From assembly GCA_943354045.1 (NCBI GenBank), contig CALRBF010000001.1, positions 259,860-323,859 of the forward strand: 64,000 nucleotides of DNA. Reading direction: 5' to 3'. The stretch's first letter is position 1. Each line of letters opens with the position of its first letter. Positions 57,751 to 64,000 of the stretch are shown here, one piece after another. Made by a program: the position numbers and the translations under genes. A model generated the notes under the pieces. It was not told the DNA's origin, ran no database searches, and saw only the letters and a program-made list of their open reading frames with translations. The DNA is from Parcubacteria group bacterium. GTDB lineage: Bacteria > Patescibacteriota > Minisyncoccia > SW-4-49-11.

Positions 57751-59754
57751 TTACCATTCCGAATCATAATCAGTATAAGTGAGCGACAATTGCTCCAAAA
57801 GATGATCTGGTATCTCAGTAATAAATCGTGAAGAAGGATTGGATTGAATTTGCCCAAATATACGCCTCAGCTGAGTATATGTCATATACAGCTTATCCTT
57901 GGCTCTAGTAATACCAACATAACACAGTCGACGCTCTTCCTCTAATTCTTTATGCGAGATGAGACTTCGGGAGTGGGGGAGTATACCTTCTTCCATACCA
58001 ATCATAAATACTACCGGAAATTCCAACCCCTTAGCTGCATGATAAGTCATCAAAGTAACAGCTTGAGTAGCCTGCATTCCATCAATATCGGATAATAATG
58101 CAGTTTCTTGCAAGAATTCATATAAAGCCTCCTCCACAGGGAGATTATCAAATTTCTGCGTTACCGTGAATAATTCTTCAATATATTCCATTCTAGCTTC
58201 ATTTTCTTTGCTTTTTTCCCAATGGCTAGTATATTGGGTGATTTTCAAGATATCTGCCACCAGCTGAGATAATGTATATTTATCTCTCTCAAAAGCCCCC
58301 TTAAGCTCAAAAATTTGCTCGCAGAAGACCATTATTCCTCTTCGGGCTCCTCCAGTTATCTTCAGAGAATATTTATCCGTATGGGTCAATAATTCGAGCA
58401 AATCGATATTTTGCTCATTTTCATTGCTCAATGAATAGGCTTCAAGGATTTTATCAATACTAGTCTTACCAACTGATCGCTTTGGCACATTGATAATACG
58501 CCGAAAAGAAGCCGTATCATTGGTATTATATAAGAATTTGAGATAGGCCAAAAGATCTTTGATTTCGGCTCTCTCATAGAATTTGGTACCCCCTACAATT
58601 TGATAGGGAATTCTCATCTGCAAAAAGGCTTCTTCCAAAGCTCGAGATTGCGCATTGGTGCGATACAGACAAGCAAATCCTGACAAAGTATATTTACCTC
58701 TAGCCACCAAGTCTTTGATGGTGCGAGCCACGAATAAACTTTCCTGATACTCATTTTCCGCCTCTACCAAATGAATTAATTCTCCTGATTCTTTATCTGT
58801 CCACAAATTTTTATCCTTTTTTTGGGTATTTTTATCGATAACCTGATTGGCAGCATCCAGAATAATTTGGGTAGAGCGATAATTCTGCTCTAATAGCACA
58901 ACTTTAGTATCTTTATAATCTTTTTCAAAATTAAGAATATTCTTAAAATCCGCTCCTCTCCAAGAATAAATTGCCTGAAAGTCGTCCCCAACCACACAAA
59001 GATTCTTATACTTATGCGCCAATAATTTTACCAATTCATATTGAGCCTGATTGGTATCCTGATACTCATCAATCATAATATAACGGTATCTATCCTGATA
59101 ACGCGCAAGTACATCTGCAAATTCCTTGAATAATATTACCGTATTCATAATAATATCATCAAAATCCATGGCATTATTCTTCCGTAATTGCTTCTGATAT
59201 TCTTGATATAATTCAATAGCCAATTCCTCTAGGGGAGTAGTAGGATTATAGTCAGCAAATTGACTGGCAGTAATGAGATTATTCTTAGCCTTAGAGATAA
59301 TATATTGTATGGAAGCTGGTTTCACCTGATCTTTGGGGATATCTCGTTTTTTGAGCAAATCCTTGATAATATTCTGACTATCAGTAGTATCATAAATCAA
59401 AAATGACTTATCATACCCCAAAGCCTCAGCCTCTCGATGTAATATATTCAGACAAACGGAGTGAAAAGTCCCCACCATAGGCATAGCGGGCACATTGTCC
59501 CCAAAAGAAGTCTCAAGCAAATGTTTGATTCGCTCCTTCATCTCTTTTGCCGCCTTATTAGTAAAGGTTACCGCCAATATACTATAAGGGGAAATTCCCT
59601 GAGCAATCATATAGGCAATACGCTTGGTAAGCGTAGAGGTCTTCCCTGAACCCGCTCCAGCTAATACCAAAACAGGACCTTCTATGGTCTGGGCTGCTTC
59701 CAATTGTTTGTCATTAAGTCCTTGTAGAATAGGATGAATTTTGTCTTTTGGCAT
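57751..59754 (-). CDS. uvrD: ATP-dependent DNA helicase UvrD/PcrA
   Basis: 'LAGAGSGKTSTLTKRIAYMI' Walker A; helicase motifs 'DEYQDTN', 'VGDDFQAIYSWRGA', 'TYHAAKGLEFPVVF'. Confidence 0.9.
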   Translation of the reverse strand: MPKDKIHPILQGLNDKQLEAAQTIEGPVLVLAGAGSGKTSTLTKRIAYMIAQGISPYSILAVTFTNKAAKEMKERIKHLLETSFGDNVPAMPMVGTFHSVCLNILHREAEALGYDKSFLIYDTTDSQNIIKDLLKKRDIPKDQVKPASIQYIISKAKNNLITASQFADYNPTTPLEELAIELYQEYQKQLRKNNAMDFDDIIMNTVILFKEFADVLARYQDRYRYIMIDEYQDTNQAQYELVKLLAHKYKNLCVVGDDFQAIYSWRGADFKNILNFEKDYKDTKVVLLEQNYRSTQIILDAANQVIDKNTQKKDKNLWTDKESGELIHLVEAENEYQESLFVARTIKDLVARGKYTLSGFACLYRTNAQSRALEEAFLQMRIPYQIVGGTKFYERAEIKDLLAYLKFLYNTNDTASFRRIINVPKRSVGKTSIDKILEAYSLSNENEQNIDLLELLTHTDKYSLKITGGARRGIMVFCEQIFELKGAFERDKYTLSQLVADILKITQYTSHWEKSKENEARMEYIEELFTVTQKFDNLPVEEALYEFLQETALLSDIDGMQATQAVTLMTYHAAKGLEFPVVFMIGMEEGILPHSRSLISHKELEEERRLCYVGITRAKDKLYMTYTQLRRIFGQIQSNPSSRFITEIPDHLLEQLSLTYTDYDSEW

Positions 59755-59924
59755 TATATATCAATATTATATTTTTTCTTTTGTACGGATAATTGTGGAG
59801 GCTCCAAGCAGACTCGCACTGCTGTAGAGGGTTTTGCAGACCCTTGCCTAACTTCTCGGCCATGGAGCCAATTACGGCTTTTAGTATAGCATAGATTCAG
59901 TTTTTAGGGAAATGATAGGAGAAA

Positions 59925-59958
59925 GAAAAAGCCCACCGTCCGAAGAGGTGAGCTGGGG
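59925..59958 (-). terminator. Terminator of small acidic gene 1 (shared terminator type)
   Basis: Minus-strand hairpin from 'cccagctcacctcttcggacggtgggc' followed by T5; same 'gcccaccgtccgaaga' core as 62074-62100. Confidence 0.5.
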
Positions 59959-59975
59959 GAGCTGGAAGTGGAGCG

Positions 59976-60272
59976 CTAGACTTCTCGAGGCATATCCTTG
60001 AGGATACGCTCGCGGGAAGATAGAGCTCCTGGTCTCAAAGATTCCATACAGTCAAGAACTGCTTGACTCAACCCCACCAGAAAATTTATCCCTTCGGGAC
60101 TCAACTCCTCAGAGAGAGGCATCTCGGGGTCCATCGGGTCCATCGAATCAATGAGGTCTATGGCATCAGTAGCCTCTGGAATCACAAAATTTCGATCAAC
60201 AAAGGCTTCGAGCGCTCGCTCGGCAAACCCTTCATTAAGTGCAGAGTCTAACTCTTCTTGGGAAATGGACAT
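59976..60272 (-). CDS. Small acidic protein (paralogue family member 1), GC-rich
   Basis: 98 aa, D/E/P-rich; consensus promoter 17 nt upstream; paralogous context to 62132..62281. Confidence 0.45.
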   Translation of the reverse strand: MSISQEELDSALNEGFAERALEAFVDRNFVIPEATDAIDLIDSMDPMDPEMPLSEELSPEGINFLVGLSQAVLDCMESLRPGALSSRERILKDMPREV

Positions 60273-60295
60273 AAAACTTATGCATCAACGCAAAC

Positions 60296-60324
60296 ACCAT
60301 ACCACATTTTTCTAATTTTGTCAA
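60296..60324 (-). promoter_or_regulatory. Strong sigma70-type promoter of small acidic gene 1
   Basis: Minus strand TTGACA (60324-60319), 17 nt, tgg-TATGGT (60301-60296); homologous to 62304-62332. Confidence 0.55.
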
Positions 60325-60371
60325 TATGTTTTGTGTTTTTGCTATAATGCTTATCTCTATTTTATAAACAT

Positions 60372-60515
60372 AATAGCTTATTTACTTATTTTTATATAAT
60401 TTTATATTTTACTATTATGTTATGTTTTATTATTATACATTTTAAATTTCGTAGTGCTTTAAGTCCCTCCTAAATAAATATAGGAGGGGGCGACCTTTCA
60501 GTCGCCCGAAACCTA
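60372..60515. repeat. AT-rich about 70-nt block duplicated at 62381-62450, plus a GC-rich repeat (m2 + m3)
   Basis: 'aatagcttatttacttatttttatataattttatatttt...' matches 62381+; 'gctttaagtccctcctaaataaatataggagggggcgacctttcagtcgccc'. Confidence 0.65.
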
Positions 60516-60597
60516 ACCCCAAAACTTGACAAAAAAACACTACTATTATAAAATATATTTACATTTGGCGTTAGCCACGTCCCTCGTTTACGAGGGC

Positions 60598-60996
60598 TCA
60601 TTGATAAAGATTTATAAATCCTTCTTTTACTTTAGCAAAATCTATTTCATTCAAAGACCCCATTTTGTTATGCCGTCTCCTATAATCAATTGTTCTGACC
60701 TGCTGTAAACAAGCTGTTATTCTCTTACCTTGATATTCATAGGCCACATACCAAGTACCTGTTTTATTTTTGGTAGTTGTAGGAATAACCAAATATGTCC
60801 ATTTACTTAATCTTTTTAATATAATAACTGGTCTAGAAAACTTATCTCCCTTACCGCTGACTTCTGTTCCAATATTCTCTCCTAATTGACACCACCAAAT
60901 ATCTCGTTCTTTGACAAATGGAGCTTTGTGATTACTTTTATCTAACTTAGATTTTAATACTAACCATTCCTTAAATCTTTTGATAAATTTTTGCAT
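60598..60996 (-). CDS. MazF/PemK-family endoribonuclease toxin-like protein; no antitoxin ORF evident
   Basis: 'ERDIWWCQLGENIGTEVSGKGDKFSRPVIILKR...YLVIPTTTK' matches the MazF/PemK core; surrounded by repeats. Confidence 0.55.
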   Translation of the reverse strand: MQKFIKRFKEWLVLKSKLDKSNHKAPFVKERDIWWCQLGENIGTEVSGKGDKFSRPVIILKRLSKWTYLVIPTTTKNKTGTWYVAYEYQGKRITACLQQVRTIDYRRRHNKMGSLNEIDFAKVKEGFINLYQ

Positions 60997-61054
60997 ATAG
61001 TATTGATATAATTTGTATAGATTATATCTTAACTAAAGCTATGTGTATAGGAGG

Positions 61055-61440
61055 AGGACGGGGTGGAATGTTCTGTATTCGTAGGGCTTTAAGTCCCTCC
61101 TATATTTATTTAGGAGGGGGCGACCTCTCAATCGCCCGTGGTATTATTGTCTCCCTTTTGGGGTAGTTTATTATTGTCCTCCTTTGGAGGAGGTGGATAG
61201 TTATTAAAGTTGTATTCTAGTTTTTGAATAAAATTTAGTAATATACTTTATCCACCCTCCCCCTACGGGTACTCCCTCCAAAGGGAGACAAAAATACAGT
61301 CCACACCCGTCACTTCGTGACACCCTCGCCAGCGAGGCCTGCCTGCGGTAGGCAGGGACAGTTTTTGTCCTCCCTTGGGGGACATTAAAACCCTCCACCC
61401 CGTCAGGCAAGCCTGCCACCCCCTCCCAAACTCTATGCTA
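61055..61440. repeat. Largest composite of mosaic palindromic repeat modules (m2, m3, variable-loop 'ggtggata...tatccacc' hairpin, m4, inverted m1, 'ccaccccgtcagg')
   Basis: Modules seen directly and shared with 46520-46745, 52320-52600 and 62455-62650. Confidence 0.75.
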
Positions 61441-61470
61441 TAATATGGATATATATACTAAATATTTTCT

Positions 61471-62070
61471 ATGCCCAAGCTCAAATCATCAACCTATACT
61501 TTCTCCCCCCTACAGGAGGGGACTTTGCCTTTTGATGCCAATAGCAAGCGCAATGTAACAGATCAATTAGCTTGGGCTAAAAGAGAGGATATTCTAGAGA
61601 CTATTAACCCACATAAAATCCCTATATCGCTCTTACTCGTGAATATTGACCGGGATAATAATATTGGTAATATAATCAGATCAGCTAATACTTTCGGGGT
61701 GCAGGAGGTGCTAATTTATGGCAGGAAAAAATTTGACCGTAGAACTAGTGTTGGAGCTGAATTTTTTATGCAATTTTGGCATATTCGCTTTGTTGAGGAG
61801 TTAGAGACTCTACAACAAGAATTTGATATTATACTCGGATTAGAACAAACCTCTGATTCAGTAGAATTACATAGCTATCAATGGCCTCAAAATGCTAAAA
61901 TACTAATTGCTATTGGGCATGAGGGTACTGGGCTTCCCCAAGAAATACTGGATATTTGTGATACTACCCTTGAGATTGAGCAATACGGCACCACCAGATC
62001 CCTGAATGTATCAGTTGCTACAGGGATTGTACTATATGATTATCGGGTGAAAAGAGAGTTAGTAAAGTAA
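61471..62070 (+). CDS. TrmH/SpoU-family RNA 2'-O-methyltransferase
   Basis: SPOUT motifs 'LLLVNIDRDNNIGNIIRSANTFG', 'IAIGHEGTGL', 'LNVSVATGIVLY'. Confidence 0.75.
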   Translation: MPKLKSSTYTFSPLQEGTLPFDANSKRNVTDQLAWAKREDILETINPHKIPISLLLVNIDRDNNIGNIIRSANTFGVQEVLIYGRKKFDRRTSVGAEFFMQFWHIRFVEELETLQQEFDIILGLEQTSDSVELHSYQWPQNAKILIAIGHEGTGLPQEILDICDTTLEIEQYGTTRSLNVSVATGIVLYDYRVKRELVK

Positions 62071-62100
62071 AAAGCCCACCGTCCGAAGACGGGGGCTGGG
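62069..62100 (-). terminator. Terminator of small acidic gene 2
   Basis: Minus strand 'cccagcccccgtcttcggacggtgggc' followed by T5. Confidence 0.55.
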
Positions 62101-62131
62101 AGTGGCTGAGAATCCACTCAAGATGAAGACG

Positions 62132-62281
62132 TTAGCTCTCCTGAGTGGGTTCAACCTCATGGGCTTCGGGGTCTACAAAGAACCCTTTAGCAGCTTCATT
62201 AGCCACTGGCCTGAAGAGATTCTCCAGAACCTCAAAGCCAAGCTGCACCAGCTGCTGGTCGGTGGTGGGGGTGGAGGACAT
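62132..62281 (-). CDS. Small acidic protein (paralogue family member 2), 49 aa from an internal Met; GC-rich
   Basis: 'MSSTPTTDQQLVQLGFEVLENLFRPVANEAAKGFFVDPEAHEVEPTQES'. The segment is open in three frames, so coding status is uncertain; the ORF-track N-terminal extension is AT-rich promoter sequence. Confidence 0.35.
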   Translation of the reverse strand: MSSTPTTDQQLVQLGFEVLENLFRPVANEAAKGFFVDPEAHEVEPTQES

Positions 62282-62303
62282 GTCAGACCTGAAAGACAAG
62301 CTA

Positions 62304-62332
62304 TATATACCACATTTCCTTAATTTTATCAA
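62304..62332 (-). promoter_or_regulatory. Strong sigma70-type promoter of small acidic gene 2
   Basis: Minus strand TTGATA (62332-62327), 17 nt, tgg-TATATA (62309-62304). Confidence 0.55.
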
Positions 62333-62454
62333 TACATCTTGTGATTTAATCATAATATCCACCCTTACTTTATCAATTTAATAGCTTATTTACTTGTTTT
62401 TATATAATATTATATTTTGATATTACTTTATGTTTCATCCTGAATAATTTTGAC

Positions 62455-62655
62455 TTTCGTATGGCTTTTGTCCTAAAATTCCCCTCTTGAGGGGTGTCAT
62501 ATTTACCTGACGGGGTGGAAAAGAAAATATTCATAAATAATACAGAAACACTCCACCCCGTCTTCCTGCTATGTAAACATGGCAGGAATCCACCCCTCAA
62601 CGAGGGGAATTTAACTCAATCCACCTGCTATCGATAAAAAGGGAGGACAAAATAA
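62455..62655. repeat. MITE-like nested palindromic element with about 30-nt imperfect terminal inverted repeats
   Basis: Left end 'ttttgtcctaaaattcccctcttgaggggtg'; right end is the reverse complement 'cacccctcaacgaggggaattt...gggaggacaaaataa'; inner inverted repeat 'tgacggggtgga...tccaccccgtc'. Confidence 0.6.
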
Positions 62656-62718
62656 TATCCGCCTCCCTACACACTAATAGCCAGTGTAAAAACTGGCTTT
62701 TTTATTATATATAAAATT

Positions 62719-62756
62719 AAAAAAAGCCAGTCGTCTTGTAGGCGGCTGGTGGTTTT
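62719..62756 (-). terminator. Terminator of the infB-rbfA transcription unit (bidirectional-looking)
   Basis: 'ccagtcgtcttgtaggcggctgg' flanked by an A-run and a T-run; a second hairpin 'gccagt gtaaaaa actggc tttttt' at 62684-62709. Confidence 0.5.
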
Positions 62757-62773
62757 TGAGTGAGTATGAACAC

Positions 62774-63028
62774 TCAGAGAGTCGGCGGAATAGGGATTTC
62801 CCATTGAGCCATAAGGCTTTCATGGCGGACAAGAGCATATCTCGATTCATTACTATTTTCTTTTTTATGTTTTTCTCTGAAAATTTTTAACCAATAAAGA
62901 AATTTTTGAGTAACAGGATGATTAACATCCATAAACCCTCCAAAGAACAAATTATAAAAAATACTATACCACAAATTCTGACTTTTATCAAAAAAGTTAA
63001 GTTTTTTACAAGTTGAGGTAAAATACAA
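62774..63028 (-). CDS. Hypothetical protein downstream of rbfA
   Basis: 84-aa ORF; its C-terminal codons overlap the hairpin region, so the real gene may be shorter. Confidence 0.3.
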   Translation of the reverse strand: MYFTSTCKKLNFFDKSQNLWYSIFYNLFFGGFMDVNHPVTQKFLYWLKIFREKHKKENSNESRYALVRHESLMAQWEIPIPPTL

Positions 63029-63373
63029 TTATTTTTCTTCCTCTAACTCATCCAATAACTTTTCTAATTCATAAGCTTCGAGAGCCTCGGTATCTATCTC
63101 AAATCGGAGTTCCGGGGAGCGACCTCTTGAGAGTATATCAGCGAGGAAATATTCATATTCTTTATGAGTTTTACGTAGTTTTTGTAATACGGTACCCTGT
63201 TTGTCATTCGGGAAAACTGTCACCTTAATATCAGCAACTTGCAAATCTGCACTCACAATAACCCGTGATACGGTAACCAGAATTCCAGGATCCACATCTA
63301 ATTCTCGGAGTAGCAATAGGGATAATTGCTCCTGAATAAGTTGTTGATACCGAATTAAATGTCTGTCTGCCAT
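63029..63373 (-). CDS. rbfA: Ribosome-binding factor A
   Basis: 114 aa; KH-like RbfA sequence; follows infB. Confidence 0.8.
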   Translation of the reverse strand: MADRHLIRYQQLIQEQLSLLLLRELDVDPGILVTVSRVIVSADLQVADIKVTVFPNDKQGTVLQKLRKTHKEYEYFLADILSRGRSPELRFEIDTEALEAYELEKLLDELEEEK

Positions 63374-63376
63374 TGC

Positions 63377-64000
63377 TTATTTTTTAATTTGTTCATATAC
63401 ATAGAGTATATCTCCCTCTATTGGAGTAGTTTTCTTAAAAGAACAAGAGATTACCATTCCACATTCATTTCCGTCTGAGACATCAGATACATCTTGTTTA
63501 TCTTGTTGAAGATTAGTTAATTTACCTTGTACAATAACCTTGCCTTCGGAATTCTCTATTTCAATCAGACCATTGCGCACCATACGCCCAATTTGTACAA
63601 TTCCTCCCAAAATAAGACTTTTTTTATCTTCTTTGAATACTTTCAATACTTTGAGTTCCCCGAGATCTGTTCTGGTCACTTTTGGACCTTCTAATTGAAT
63701 GATTTGGTCTCGAATTTCATCGATTAATTCATATATCAGCCGATAATATTTGATAGCGACATCCTTGAGGTCTGCTAATTCTTTTATTTTCTTATCTTGT
63801 TTGATACCAAACCCTAATATTACCGCTTGTTGTACTTTTGCTTGAGCAATATCATTAGCGGTAATATCTCCTACTTCTCGTCCTACAATAGTAATTTTGA
63901 TATCAAGTTGTACAATTTGCCCAAGAGCATATTCTATAGCATCCAGGGAGCCGATAGAATCGGCTTTGATAATAAGATTGAGAGTTTTCTCTTTTTCGAG
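63377..64000 (-). CDS. infB: Translation initiation factor IF-2, C-terminal part (5' end lies beyond the window)
   Basis: Reading frame stays open to nt 64000; IF-2 C-terminal beta-barrel sequence 'KVLKVFKEDKKSLILGGIVQIG'. Confidence 0.85.
   Translation of the reverse strand, partial: LEKEKTLNLIIKADSIGSLDAIEYALGQIVQLDIKITIVGREVGDITANDIAQAKVQQAVILGFGIKQDKKIKELADLKDVAIKYYRLIYELIDEIRDQIIQLEGPKVTRTDLGELKVLKVFKEDKKSLILGGIVQIGRMVRNGLIEIENSEGKVIVQGKLTNLQQDKQDVSDVSDGNECGMVISCSFKKTTPIEGDILYVYEQIKK

Noticed and set aside
62100-62320. GC-rich segment as RNase P RNA, tmRNA or SRP RNA
   Set aside because: No P4 'GGAAAGUCCGG', tmRNA tag/tRNA-like ends or SRP 'GGAAGCAGCC' motifs were recognisable. The promoter/ATG/terminator architecture fits a small gene better. 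It is left as an uncertain coding-versus-sRNA case.
1-64000. CRISPR array among the many short GC-rich repeats
   Set aside because: The repeats are palindromic modules at scattered intergenic sites. They have variable composition, are not evenly spaced and have no unique spacers. No cas genes were seen.

Overview
This 64-kb window comes from an AT-rich bacterial chromosome of small-genome style. It uses the standard genetic code: TGA is the sufC stop in the ATGA overlap with sufT at 14102-14105, so an SR1/Gracilibacteria-type recoding is excluded. The organism might be a Patescibacteria/CPR-like bacterium, but that is a low-confidence inference from the low GC, the type IV pilin with a giant C-terminal domain and the compact housekeeping layout.

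Most of the window is housekeeping genes, largely on the minus strand:
- efp/polA (convergent) and the yebC-ruvC pair with a consensus sigma70 promoter.
- zwf.
- Two separate Suf Fe-S blocks: sufB-sufD-like, and sufS-sufU-sufC-sufT.
- A ribosomal operon: infA-rpmJ-rpsM-rpsK-rpsD-rpoA-rplQ-rplM-rpsI.
- rpsO-pnp, nrdR, dnaJ, mutL-mutS, yraN, a yvcK-like gene, typA, uvrD/pcrA, a TrmH/SpoU methyltransferase, and rbfA with infB cut by the window end.
- Six tRNAs: Leu-TAG, Leu-TAA, Ala-TGC, Asp-GTC, His-GTG and Arg-TCT.

The accessory content worth attention:
1. A membrane-associated peptide-ligase/peptidase cassette: a 7TM protein, a RimK-like ATP-grasp fused to a retropepsin-like domain, a second ATP-grasp, and a DUF1704 (QEGLA/MATCAP-like) HExxH protein.
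2. Tiny inserts directly 3' of tRNA-Ala and tRNA-Arg. Each carries the same roughly 70-nt two-hairpin GC-rich module and is bounded by an exact duplication of the tRNA 3' end (18 nt and 49 nt).
3. A dispersed, modular, GC-rich palindromic repeat family that fills many intergenic regions. It brackets a RhuM-family gene and a lipoprotein ORF between polA and yebC.
4. Two paralogous small acidic GC-rich genes with near-identical strong promoters and terminators, next to an orphan MazF/PemK-like toxin.
5. A fused tandem LOG-domain protein whose second domain looks catalytically degenerate.
6. A cluster of secreted or surface proteins that includes a pilin-like protein and a poly-Q protein.

No rRNA, CRISPR array or transposase was seen.
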